Shown in pieces: positions 11,701 through 21,750 of a DNA stretch of 64,000 bases. Origin of the DNA: Corallochytrium limacisporum Hawaii (Eukaryota > Protista > Pluriformea). Below the pieces are notes generated by a model. That model worked only from the letters and a program-made list of their open reading frames with translations, was not told the origin of the DNA and did no database searches. The stretch covers positions 1 through 64,000 of the forward strand of contig PDIP01000044.1 of NCBI GenBank assembly GCA_002811645.1. Direction: 5' to 3'. The position numbers and the translations under genes were made by a program. Every line of letters begins with the position of its first letter. Position 1 is the first letter of the stretch.

Positions 11701-12547
11701 CGCCAATTTTCAGCATGGAGACGGGATCCTTGGCTCTGTCACTGGATATACTGCTTATAGAGTCACTCGAAAGATCTCCAGGAAGCTCTCCAGGCTGCAG
11801 TATCTGGCCGGGTTGCTTCTGCTTCATCGGACTGCCACTGTTGCGTAATTCTCGCAGCTGGGCCTGAGCAAACAAAGTCCCTCCTGCCTGAGTCATCAAC
11901 GCAATTGTTTCCGCATCAATGGCTCCCTGAATGTTTGATGAGATGCCCCAGCGGCTCTGGTAGGCGCGGTCGTCCTCTCCAGGGGCCGCGCGCTGCACCA
12001 AGGTCACTGGCGGTTGCAGCGCGGGTGGCACACAGGGCATGGAATACTTGCCCGGCTCACTGGCAGCTGTATAAGCTACAGCCGCACTCGCCTTTGCTGC
12101 TGTGCTCAAGAGGCGTGGTGGTGGCGGTGGTGGCTTGGCTGCTGGTTGTTTTTTCCGCTTTGGTTTCTCGACGGGAAGTATGGCCATGTCACCGAAGATT
12201 TCGGCATCACTAGGCTGGGTTGGGCCTTCAAAACTCTCAAGGTACATAGCGTCGATCTTGGTGCCGCTCATTGCCTCACTCCGTGCCTGGGCTCGGAGAG
12301 CCCGCTTGGAAGTCAAAACCTCTGATTTCAAAATCTCTTCCGCTCGCTGACTGTCGGTCTCCTCCATCTCCTCCGGAAGGGATCCCACACTGCCCAGGCT
12401 ATCCCTAGTCCCTGCTTCCTGTTTGGCCAAAATTTTTTGGCGCAAACTCCGCTTCACCGCAGACCCAGCATTTGTCTTGGACTCGGAAGAAGACTCTGTG
12501 TCCATTGCTTCGACCTTGATGGTCGGCGTTGAGCTTTCCGAGCTCAT
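8741..12547 (-). CDS. Class IIa-type histone deacetylase (HDAC4/5/7/9-like) with a chromo-barrel (Tudor-knot) domain
   Basis: HPERPERI, RPPGHHA, GFCFFNNVA, DWDVHHGNGTQ, SAGYDA, LEGGY. Class IIa structural-zinc segment HCCTC...HPE...CGGPGIACDTVFN. Chromo-barrel VFVHYEGWGPELDEWIPVSRV upstream. Confidence 0.92.
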   Translation of the reverse strand: MSSESSTPTIKVEAMDTESSSESKTNAGSAVKRSLRQKILAKQEAGTRDSLGSVGSLPEEMEETDSQRAEEILKSEVLTSKRALRAQARSEAMSGTKIDAMYLESFEGPTQPSDAEIFGDMAILPVEKPKRKKQPAAKPPPPPPRLLSTAAKASAAVAYTAASEPGKYSMPCVPPALQPPVTLVQRAAPGEDDRAYQSRWGISSNIQGAIDAETIALMTQAGGTLFAQAQLRELRNSGSPMKQKQPGQILQPGELPGDLSSDSISSISSDRAKDPVSMLKIGGVIGSPAPYKSNPPLGLALLNEDLPSGSRSPMLPRYRRPTGLEEQEKAVSHDNIASVAKRRRNSSKCLGFHEQTLLKLQAMQEQAELGEVLPGAEIPEKDARRGYVPDRMDHADEIILDDSDETPRQVSLNNRKRGIGLRNQYESGNIARTQSDVGFGGPLGTSDDAFDSFLKARGYDTRTALGQHSQSSGNIAGMSRGLDIRRTGSTTALNKPWSGTRSKTPPLFHRRKPPEEEVDTRATDRESAALELSLSAMNVNDPDEAERLRWEFTETMRILGEGATFKIGDAVCVSSSIVGDLKLDESDDSDDFLDEEEVEEEEDLMDTDKKSKKKNGKNNNTKAKPETPDYIPPSRILWAARLRALGQDKVFVHYEGWGPELDEWIPVSRVHPREAGSLDASSISGSKNSKKNEETKKGGKKGAMAAENERKYHGKVLPMRVGPMGLESDEHWQNLRKAILTHGGDIMATQNKTLDGSFGKMVLDPSRRTALVSEPRTMLHCCTCDEPELWHPERPERIASILAGFEKAGLLDQCTRILPREATFDELRLCHSEEHIDRYARFPYRLPVSWPDLEVMECGGPGIACDTVFNKFTSPYAARLSAGALLNVVESVVKGETRNGFAVVRPPGHHADCAEALGFCFFNNVALAAAYARQHLGVGKVVILDWDVHHGNGTQNILFHDPTIMYISLHRHDNGAFYPFTGELRDAGISDGEGFNINVPWNGGKHAMGNTEYLAAFEYVLLPILKDYAPDLILISAGYDAAEGDQLGGYHVRPECYAHMTKRMMELVNDKVVLALEGGYDLDAITGAAVASLATLQGTPPPVLNPQINRTTPVDTASSTLRQVIRFQSKFWPSLRSPGSFKLPDHYFDPTAAAEYASAFESQNAVRNPADNDKTGFPAAYQPWSAQRALEGLQIHGRVLRSQSRSSSPMPQGPPGSDAVMSPPVDTQMSPSTSVTSPDETSGSAQLSAPERPRLRGTRSRSRSPAPE

Positions 12548-13856
12548 TTATACGATGTATGGTATACGTTGCCTCGTGGGCTTGCCCTGAAGTAACCTAC
12601 TTCGGTCTCACCCAAGTGCAAGCCGATGGGACGCTCTAAACTGACCCTATCCCCCAGAACAGACAATATCTAACCGAAATGCATCATTCTTGATCGGGCG
12701 TATACGTGAAGTCCAAGGCCATTCGCACCCGCTTCGTGTAGTGAGCTACGGATTTAGAACTTTCGCAAATTGGTATCGCGTCGACTTAATTGCCTTTGAA
12801 TACCCAGATCCCGACACATAGCATATTTATGCTTGTCCAATGGCTCACAATGAGTGGCGTGTACGGTCCATCGATGCTCAGAGATAACGATTCTGGGCCA
12901 CAGTTTCAGTTTTGTGCTGGTTCTGTGATGGTCGCTCTTCCTGACTTACGGCGGCACGCCGACAGAAAATGGCGAAGAGACAGCGAGCGAAGCGACAGGG
13001 AGAGAAGAGAGCGAGAACGAGGGAGGGGACGGCGGGGCCAACACTGCCTTTGGACGGGTACTACCTCACCAAGAAATTGGCCTGGGGCGGCAAAGGGAGA
13101 GCGGCCCCCTCCCAGCGGACACGAACGGACGCTAACTACTCGAGGAGCCTCTCTCCCTGTGTCTCTCTGGTCTCCTGCCCCGCTGCCTGGTCTGCGACCG
13201 TCTCCTTCTCCGGAAAACAGACAGACCGGTCTGGGAACAGGGGGGTCCGGATTGGGCCGGGAGGTAAAAAAGGGGGGGGGGTTCGGGACGGTTCCGGTTC
13301 TTTGGGTATGGGAGCCATGAATTGTTTGCGCTTTTTCCTATTGCCCGTTTCTTTATTTTGCCTTTCGAGACTCATTTTCCTTTGCGGTGCCCGTTCGGTG
13401 GTGGTGCCCTGTATGTGTTCCCCTCCGCCACTTGCCCTTCGGCCGGTAGCAACACACTCCTTCATCCTCTCCCCCCCGGGGGGGGGGGCCGCACCGAGCT
13501 GCCCGTCCCCTTTGTTTTCGCTCGGGGCCGTGCGGGAGAGGGGGACCCAAGTGGGGAGGGAAGGGGGGGGGGGCACAACACACGGCTGTGGCTGTTTTGT
13601 GACGGTGGCTGGTGGGGGGGTTGGGCCAAAGACTCCAATCGCAGTTGCTTTTGCCAGGGGCTTTCGACTATCGGCTGTTGGCTTCTTTTGTTCCAACGGG
13701 GACGAGTACCAGGTCATGCAACCGTGAATACATGCTTTATTTGGATAAATGGATGGTACGTAAAGACATAGACAAAGATGTATGAGTTATTACATCCCTC
13801 TGAAGAGCCACAAGTATTCGGGTTAAGCTGCTGGCTATGTGCATTCTGATCTGAGA

Positions 13857-14912
13857 ATGATGTCGGGCTCAAAAAGACTTCAAGCACCAGGACTCCTGGC
13901 ATGGATCACTGTCTTTGTCTGTACACTATGCAACACTGTAGCAGCAGAAAAGATGTTTACCGAGGCAGCGGTCTGGAATAGGTTTATTGAAGATATCGTG
14001 AAACCGGGAGTGAGCAGCGATGGAAGTACAGAGTGGGATGGCACCTTGTCTCAGGCACTCTTCCATATCGATGATGCGGGTTACCACATCGCTGTTCATG
14101 AGCAGCCTCGTAATTGGACATCGGTCATCCTCTTCAACAGCGAAAGCGTGCCTGGATGCGAACTGTGCAAGATCGTGGGTAGTCGATGGGACAGCGTCGC
14201 CAAAGTCTTCTACAGTACCGTGCCACATGCGGCCTCCTCAACCGCTTTCCTCCGTATTGATTTTGAGGCCGGCGGCAGTGGCGCCTTTAAACGGGAAGAA
14301 TTTTTACGGGCACCAATGCTGATGATCTACCGTAAGGGCGAACGCAAGGGGGTTTCTATCAATCTGAACTTTGCCAAGAAGGACTTGAGCACCCTCATCC
14401 TCCGCCTCGTCGGTGAAATTATCAAAGCCACGGGAGACTCTGTGGCACCCCAAGGTGGTGTCAGCATGGAAGGGATTATTTCGCTCCTGATCTTCCTCGC
14501 ACTCGTCTTTACGGTGGCGTACGTGGGATATTTGCGCTTTGACCTCATTGTCGGCATTGCGCAGAACAAGATTATTTGGTCCTCGCTGACTATGGCCGGC
14601 ATTGTTGCCCTTATGGGAGGCAGTATGTGGATAAATATGCGCAAACCGCCATACACGACGCCAAACGAACTCATTGCCAAACAGTCTAATCGTCAGCTCG
14701 GCATGGAGGGACAGATCGTAATGGTGCTTTACGGGCTTGGAACACTCGCCATCATCGTCGCCCTGTTTGTAGGAAAGACATCCAGAAAGGGTCTGCTCAA
14801 AGAACGTTTGGCCATGGCCATCGCATTAGTAGGCTTTGCGTTTGGTTTCAGTGCCATTCTGGCCGTCTACGCACACAAGGTCCCCGGCTATCCATACCGC
14901 CTATTGCTCTAA
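13857..14912 (+). CDS. Oligosaccharyltransferase subunit OST3/OST6 (TUSC3/MAGT1 family)
   Basis: Signal peptide, thioredoxin-like CELC (CxxC), four TM helices, GGSMWINMRKPPY, QLGMEGQIV, C-terminal PGYPYRLLL. Confidence 0.9.
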   Translation: MMSGSKRLQAPGLLAWITVFVCTLCNTVAAEKMFTEAAVWNRFIEDIVKPGVSSDGSTEWDGTLSQALFHIDDAGYHIAVHEQPRNWTSVILFNSESVPGCELCKIVGSRWDSVAKVFYSTVPHAASSTAFLRIDFEAGGSGAFKREEFLRAPMLMIYRKGERKGVSINLNFAKKDLSTLILRLVGEIIKATGDSVAPQGGVSMEGIISLLIFLALVFTVAYVGYLRFDLIVGIAQNKIIWSSLTMAGIVALMGGSMWINMRKPPYTTPNELIAKQSNRQLGMEGQIVMVLYGLGTLAIIVALFVGKTSRKGLLKERLAMAIALVGFAFGFSAILAVYAHKVPGYPYRLLL

Positions 14913-15018
14913 AATATGATTATGATCTGGATCTGGTCATGAGAACCACACACAGAGACTCAGAACATGTAGTAGAAATGGTAAACATTAAATAACTAAA
15001 TTCATTGCTATTTTCTGG

Positions 15019-15279
15019 CTATGACTTATTGTTTGCCTGTCCCTTATCGTTCTTGAATCCATACTCCTTAAAATCCACCTCTTCCATCAGTTCGTGCTCC
15101 ACACGGCACTGCAGGTACTCCCTTGACAGATCCCGACACATGGACGTCTTCTGGTCATTTTCTTCTAAACACTTCATGTATCGGGCCATAAAATCTTTGC
15201 ATTCACCTTCATGATCCAAGGGAAAGATACCTTTCAGAGGTGGTTTCGCCGATGGTTTTTTTGAACCAGCGATGTTCAT
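15019..15279 (-). CDS. COX19: Cytochrome c oxidase assembly factor COX19
   Basis: PPLKGIFPLDHEGEC signature and twin CX9C (CKDFMARYMKC, CRDLSREYLQC). First ATG 15279; in-frame GTG at 15291. Confidence 0.95.
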   Translation of the reverse strand: MNIAGSKKPSAKPPLKGIFPLDHEGECKDFMARYMKCLEENDQKTSMCRDLSREYLQCRVEHELMEEVDFKEYGFKNDKGQANNKS

Positions 15280-15802
15280 TGCTGCTGACACAGATCAAAA
15301 CAGTTCGCTCAATGAACGTTTCCTTCCCGGTATTCAATTATAGAGATTGGGCAAGAAAGGGAACTACAATACGGAAGTGGTTGCTAATGTGGCCAATGTT
15401 TGAACATACATCAAACGAAAGCCCTGACTTTCGAATAGCCAAGAGGCCCTTGGTGCAATAACCCACTGCTCCTTGCGCTTGCGTAGCAGTTTGCGTACTT
15501 GCTTACGGGGTCGATGGCCACACAGTGAGAAAGAAAGGGGGGTCCAATAAGGGAGTGGCATGAAAAACAGGGAGGGGTTGTGGTTGTGTGTGATGCGGGC
15601 CGCCGGGGATGGGATTTGAAAGCCATGAGGCTCTGTACCGACACGATGCCTTGGTCGACGACAGATCCAAATGTGTCAACAGAACGTTACAAAAAAAAGC
15701 CCGTTGTTTTTTCACATGTTTAATATCTATGCTATGCTAAGTATGGTACTCTAGTCATCGACGGTGTTCCTTATTTCGCGATCCTGGCGATACAAAAGCT
15801 CT

Positions 15803-17296
15803 CTAGGACGTAGACTTCTTGCGCTTCTTGGCACCGACACTAGCTGCACTTGCAGCTGCCGCAGCGGCCGCATCGACAGCATTCAGATGCTGCATATTGC
15901 GCATGTCAGCAATAGCAGCAGCAGCCGCAGCAGCAGCCATCGCGTCTGCCGACGGTTCATCACTGGCCAGAGATCCGTCTGCGGTGAAATTGGCGTTCAT
16001 AATGGGCATGCCACCTACCTTGCGCCTCTTATGACTTGGCTCGTCAGTGCCGGTAATGTCAACATCCTCGTCTTCTTCGTCCTCATCATTGTTCATGCCA
16101 TCAGCAGTGACAGAAGCAACCCCGCTGGTCCTTGACTTAGACGAAGACTTCGTGTGCTTCTTACGCGGGGTGTTTGTTTTCCTTGTTGGCGTAATTTCTT
16201 CTTCGTCTTCTTCGTCATCCTCATTCGCATCCTCGTCATCTTCGGTCTTCATTCCCCTTACTTTACCCTTAGATCCATCCGTGGGATGCCCACCTATGCC
16301 TGTAGGTCTGTGCTCGGGACAGAGTGCGCTCTTCAATTTCTTACGCACGGGAACATCGCATACTTCTTTGCCCGTCACCGGGTCCTTGTAGGTGCACCAA
16401 ATGTAGCCACTGCGCTCGTCCAGCGGACAGTGGGGATGACAGTACTGAATGCCACTCTTTTTCTGGTTCATGCAACCATCAGCGAGACAGAAACCCTTGC
16501 GAGGCTTTCCGGGCTTTGCGCTGCGTACATTCTCAGGTTGAACGTCGTTGATGCCAACGGGGGCCCTCTTCTTCTTTGTGGGACTCGGGTCTGTGTCTTC
16601 TATGGTGTTACCGACCGCAGCGCTATCCGCAGCATTCACTAGTCCAGCAGCAGCAGCAGCGGCAGCAGCAGCCTTGGCCTGTGCATTCATGGCCTTCATT
16701 TCCTTCTTTGCATCCGCAGCCGCTGACTTAGCCCGTTTGGTAAGTCGCTTGCTCAGAGACTGTGCCTTGGACGTCATGCCACTCGACGGATCGTGTCGAG
16801 TATTCTGTGTCTTGATCTCTTCCTCTTGAAGATCAGTGGCAGCCCGTCCCTGTACCATCAACCGTTCATCCTCCTCCCGCAGCAAAGATCTCGCCTTTTC
16901 AGACTCTGTAGTGGGTACCTCCTCGTATTCCAGCAGCTTATCCATCAAGGATGAGCGTTCCTTCAGCAAGTGTGTTACCTTGATCTTATATTCATTCAGT
17001 TCGGCAATTAGAGCGTCTTCCTGATAGTATAATTCCTTGAGTCTGCGGGACATAAGGTTGTGTCTTGCCTCCAGCACGGCAGCGGCAGTATTGGGTGCTG
17101 GGGTCTTTTTCTTCTCCGAACCAGCCGGCTTATCCGCATCAGGACCCTCATGGTTCAATAGTGAGGCTGGAGTGCTGCCTTCAGCCTTTGGTTTCCGCAC
17201 CCTCGGCCTTCCCGCCTTGGGCTTTTCTGCCGGTGCTGCTGTTTCCGCTCCTTCCTCGGGCAGCCCAGTTGGTACGGGATCCTCCACGGCTGCCAT
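15803..17296 (-). CDS. INO80E/TFPT-like coiled-coil protein with an INO80D/KANSL2-type C3Hc3H zinc-finger region
   Basis: RRLKELYYQEDALIAEL...KERSSLMDKLLEYE resembles the INO80E N-terminal domain. CLADGC...YCHPH...CTY...C...CPEH fits zf-C3Hc3H. Basic NLS-like C-terminus. Confidence 0.7.
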   Translation of the reverse strand: MAAVEDPVPTGLPEEGAETAAPAEKPKAGRPRVRKPKAEGSTPASLLNHEGPDADKPAGSEKKKTPAPNTAAAVLEARHNLMSRRLKELYYQEDALIAELNEYKIKVTHLLKERSSLMDKLLEYEEVPTTESEKARSLLREEDERLMVQGRAATDLQEEEIKTQNTRHDPSSGMTSKAQSLSKRLTKRAKSAAADAKKEMKAMNAQAKAAAAAAAAAGLVNAADSAAVGNTIEDTDPSPTKKKRAPVGINDVQPENVRSAKPGKPRKGFCLADGCMNQKKSGIQYCHPHCPLDERSGYIWCTYKDPVTGKEVCDVPVRKKLKSALCPEHRPTGIGGHPTDGSKGKVRGMKTEDDEDANEDDEEDEEEITPTRKTNTPRKKHTKSSSKSRTSGVASVTADGMNNDEDEEDEDVDITGTDEPSHKRRKVGGMPIMNANFTADGSLASDEPSADAMAAAAAAAAIADMRNMQHLNAVDAAAAAAASAASVGAKKRKKSTS

Positions 17297-18020
17297 TGGA
17301 CCGAGATTTCAATATGGCAAATTACCAATACTGTGTATATATTCCAGGTGGTGCTTAATCTTTAGTCTACATGACTGTGGTTCTCTGTTCACGTGTTCGT
17401 GTCCGGATCTCATCAAACAATATAGATCTGAGCATTTGGCCGTCCTACGGCTGCATTTCAATTTATTTTCATACATAAACTTTTCTTTTTTGAGTACCCA
17501 TCCGAGGATCTCTATTGCTAGTAATACAAATATTACTATCATACACTCCATACACCCTTTCCCCCGTTTTTGCGCACCAAATCTGTTCAAAACAGCCACT
17601 TCACATCTGCCTAACAGTACATAACACCATCCATGTAACATTTGGAAACCATTGTCTCCAAATTCTAATTGTTTACCGTTGTCCACTGTGTGCGCGTGCC
17701 TGCTGTACTTGCGGTGCCACATCGTTGTTTTTCCTTTCCTTTTTTTTGCACAGCCTTCCCTCCGTCCCCCTTTTTTTTCCCTTTTTTCTCCTTTTTTCCA
17801 AAATTTTTGTTCCAGGGTGTCTTTTTGTGTGACACACGGACCGCCAGGCGGTGCAGGGCAGCAACTGCCCGACGCCGCGACACAGTGGGGGGCTGGGCGA
17901 CCCTTTTTGCTGGGCCCTTTTGGGGACCAAAGACGCGGGGGACAAGTGGCGAGGGAGGGGGCACCTCCGCCAAGCAAAGCCTCAGCAGCGCACCGCAGCA
18001 CTGCAAAGCCCCCCCCCCCC

Positions 18021-18110
18021 NNNNNNNNNNNNNNNNNNNNNNNNNNNNNNNNNNNNNNNNNNNNNNNNNNNNNNNNNNNNNNNNNNNNNNNNNNNNNNNN
18101 NNNNNNNNNN
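18021..18110. other. Assembly gap (N run)
   Basis: Ns; agcactgcaaagccccc is duplicated on both sides. Confidence 0.99.
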
Positions 18111-18903
18111 AGCACTGCAAAGCCCCCCCCCCCTGTAAATCTCCCGAATCGGGGCCCGGGATGGGCAGCAAAGTGGTGCCAATGGCCACCGATTGGGGTG
18201 GCACCCACACCGTTTGTCTCGCCCCCTTTTTCTTTTTTAGATATATATTCGATTTTTTTTTCTTTGTTTCCCCGGTGGTCTCCCATTTGTTTAACGGCGC
18301 AAAGTTCCGGTTTCGGTACTCAAACTAGCGGAATACGAGTTCGCTGCGTGCGGCAGAAAAAGGACACGGGGGAGCCAGCGGGCCCTCCCCGGGAGGGGTG
18401 AGGAGGGGCCCCGAGAGACCAGAAGCTCCGCGACACAGGGGGTCCGGGTCGCGCGACCGTCCTGCGGATTGGAGACAATGGCACGCCGATTTTTATGCCC
18501 AGCGGTTCCAGTCGGGACAAAAATAAATCAGTTTTCATTTTTGTATTGTTTCTCTCGTTTTCTCTTTTTTTTTTTTTTTGTTTTTCCCCCTCTTTGGCCC
18601 CATTCACTTTTTTGTGTTCTTTGGGTCGGTCCTACTCCCTTACTTTCTCTCGCCTCTTTTTTTTGTTTCTCCTATCCACTGCTCTCTGCGTTCTCCCCGG
18701 TCTCTTATCTCCTCATGCATTTTTCAGCTTTTACTTGTTAATTTGGTGTTATTTTTTTTTTTTGGTCCTTTGTTTCCGGCTTAGCTGGGGAGCCCCACTG
18801 CCCGTTGGTTGCCGCGGGCTTTCGTTGGTATTGAGGATGGCCCCTCCCTCCCCGTCCCCCGCGCTTGGTGAAGGTTGGAGGGGGGGGGGGGGGGGGGGCG
18901 GTT

Positions 18904-19024
18904 NNNNNNNNNNNNNNNNNNNNNNNNNNNNNNNNNNNNNNNNNNNNNNNNNNNNNNNNNNNNNNNNNNNNNNNNNNNNNNNNNNNNNNNNNNNNNNNNN
19001 NNNNNNNNNNNNNNNNNNNNNNNN
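18904..19024. other. Assembly gap (N run)
   Basis: Ns; gtgaaggttggaggg is duplicated on both sides. Confidence 0.99.
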
Positions 19025-19175
19025 GTGAAGGTTGGAGGGAGGAAGGGGGGGGGGGCGGTTGGGCGGCGGCGGCTCGATGCCTTGCTGGAGCTTACAACCC
19101 CCCTCCCCCAACCCCTCTCCCGCCTTTGCGCTCTGCCCCACCGTCGGTGTCAGAGCCGCAGTGCCGAAAGTATGC

Positions 19176-20446
19176 ATGCAAAGAGATCCCAGCGAAGGTG
19201 CTCGATTTGCCCTGCTGGAGGCGCTTGCGCGAAAGCAGGATACGGGTAAGGAAGTATTGGGGGACAACGGAAGGAATCCAACGGGGCCCGCAAAGAATCC
19301 CATCTTCATAGTGAATGTACCAGAGCAGCACGCACGGAAAATGCCGGGCACTAGGCACCGGAAACCAGCCCAAAATATTTCCCGGTAGGGGCGACGGTGG
19401 CGTACTGGGGTCCTGGGTTAATTTGTGTAATGAGGTCGTCAGTTCGTCTGCGCAATGGGTGAGCAAAGGTCTCCGTTTGGACTCAGGGACCCGCCGGTTC
19501 AGAGGAGGTGCACAAGTGTGGGGGAAAGGGTCGCTCTGGCCTTTGGACGACGGGTCAGTGCGCGCTTTAGCGTTGCAGAACCCGCAAAAGTTACAACCGG
19601 GAACGCAGAGGCTTGATCCAACTGCTCAGGGCAATCCAGGACGAGTTGGGCGATGGTGGTACCTTCAAGACCTTGTGTCAGTTTGTAAAGCACGAACATG
19701 ACCTGAATGACGGTTTCAAAGAAATTGTTGCCCGGGAGGAGCATGTCAGGAACATGTTACACCAGTTATCAATGGATCTCGTAGAGGAACGGGACGGCAA
19801 GGGGGAGGATCAGCGCGTCAAACTTGAGCACATTGCCCAACTTAAGGACGCTCGGCACCAGACCAAAAACCAGACTGCCATGGAGACTCAGTACACGGAG
19901 ACCGAGACCCAGGTAAGTATTGAGTTTACTACGCGAGCATACAAGATTGCCGATGAAGAACTGGCCGATAGTGTCATGTCCATGAAGAAGAAGATTAAAG
20001 ACGAGAACATAGCCCACAAAGAAGTTGTAGACTTCCTGAAGCAGCACCAAGCAACCTTGGAAGAGATACTGCAGGAGCGCATGGACAGCTACGAAAACGA
20101 CATCGAGTCCAAGATTGCAGAATTTGAAGCTGTTAAGTTGGAGCGTGGGCAGACACTGAAAAAGCTTCAGGACTCAACGTCCCAGTTCACACACTGCGAG
20201 CGCACCATCATCGAGGAGCGCAATGCCCATGCTGAAGCCAAGGCCAAGGAGCACAGGAACAAACTGGAGAACTTTGCATCCACCATCATCCAGGCCACCT
20301 GGCGTGGTTACTATACACGCAAGAAACTCAAGGAGCCCTCAAAGAAGAGCAAGAAGAGCAAGAAGGGCAAGAAATCGGACGGGAAGTCCGGCAAGAATTC
20401 CGGCAAGAATTCCGGCAAGAATTCCGGCAAGAAAGGCAAGAAATAG
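19176..20446 (+). CDS. IQCG: Dynein regulatory complex subunit 9 (IQCG/DRC9); 5' part frameshifted and start uncertain
   Basis: Frame from 19598: FKEIVAREE, HIAQLKD, KDENIAHKEVVDFL, MDSYENDIE, IIEER, IQ motif IIQATWRGYYTRK and Lys-rich tail, collinear with IQCG as recalled. Upstream LALQNPQKLQ lies in another frame. Confidence 0.75.
20387..20433 (+). repeat. 12-bp coding tandem repeat TCCGGCAAGAAT x4 (SGKN) in the IQCG tail
   Basis: Seen directly. Confidence 0.9.
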
Positions 20447-21750
20447 ACATCTATATCATTCTCTTCTCGTTAGCCGGTGGTCCGTGACAACTCGTCACCT
20501 GGTGGTCGAATACGCTCATCACGTTCTGTTCTATTGTACCCACCTTCGGAACAGGCCGATCATCGTCGTTTGCCAACACCCGCGGGCTGGACGATGCTAC
20601 TGGGCTGCCCCAAATCAATAAATCTCCTCGCTCCTTCACGGGGTTGCATGGGGTCGTGCCCGTGCTCTGCGATATTGAGTCCCCGTCTCAGTCCCTCCAT
20701 TCTTTTTGCCTTCATTTTCCGTAGCCGGCACAGCTTCCGTACATTCATTATGTGGCACACAAAATTGCACCCTGAGAGATAGCGACGACCTAGGTTGGTA
20801 CCAGGGGTACCGCTTTTGTGCTTGGTGGTGCCCCCTGTTGGTTCTCGCGTCCTGCGGTGTCTACAGTACCGACTCACAGATTCCCAGATGGTCCAGAGGG
20901 CGGAGAACGGTCGCCCACCCAGGAAGGGAAAAAAAAAAACAAAGCGGAAACAAAAATCAGCGCGAAAAGTAGGCGTTGGAGAGCAAAGCTGAGTCCCTCT
21001 CCCTCCCTGAAGGGAGGACGTAGCGGTCTTCCCCAGTCTCAGTCGGAACTCCTCGCCCCATATGACTCGTTCACGTCGGCTTTTCTGGTCACTGTGAGGC
21101 TTTGGGGCGGTTTAGGAAGCAAGGGAAGGGGGGGGGGTTGTGTGGTGTGGTTGGCGCCATGTGTGTGCACCCCCGCTTCCTTTGTTTCAGTCGCCCGGGT
21201 ACGCGGTGTACACGTCTCTGAACCCCCTCCCCAAGGCAGCGATGTGGCCGCTTGAGACCCTGCGAGCCTGGCGGTACTGAATGTACCGACTGCCCTTGAG
21301 CGTTCGTGTGGGTGGGGAACGTGAGGTGCGGAAGGGACCGAAAAAGGTGTCATCCTGAGAAATTCCTATGTGGACCTTACACCGCTCTCTTCGTCCTTCC
21401 TGTGATTTTGGGCTTTATTAGCATGTTCCTTTTGAAAACGAACGTCCGTTGAAATTTTACAGTCCATGAATTCAGCTTTTCGAAACCACATACCTCCTTT
21501 GAAAGCGGTCAATTGTGCGAAGGGCAGAACGTTGCAAGGTCCTTGAGGTGTACCTGTTGTCTGATCAACTTGGTAGTTTTGTTCATAGCCTGTGGAGACA
21601 TAAACATAGAATTAGCAGAATAGCCAGGGAAATAGTCACTGTTAGATATTGACTATGATGAAAGTGTTCAAAGGTGACATGGGATAGGACCTCAACTAGG
21701 AGGCGAGAGACCTGTAACGCTAGACTTGAGAACAGGAACGCAAATCCAAC

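Noticed and set aside
17996-18133. Duplicated sequences flanking N-gaps (also at 3829/4067 and 18868/19025) as target-site duplications
   Set aside because: Best explained as unmerged overlapping contig ends at C/G runs
19910-19920. Perfect donor consensus CAG|GTAAGTAT inside IQCG
   Set aside because: The frame stays open and collinear with IQCG across it, and no matching acceptor is needed
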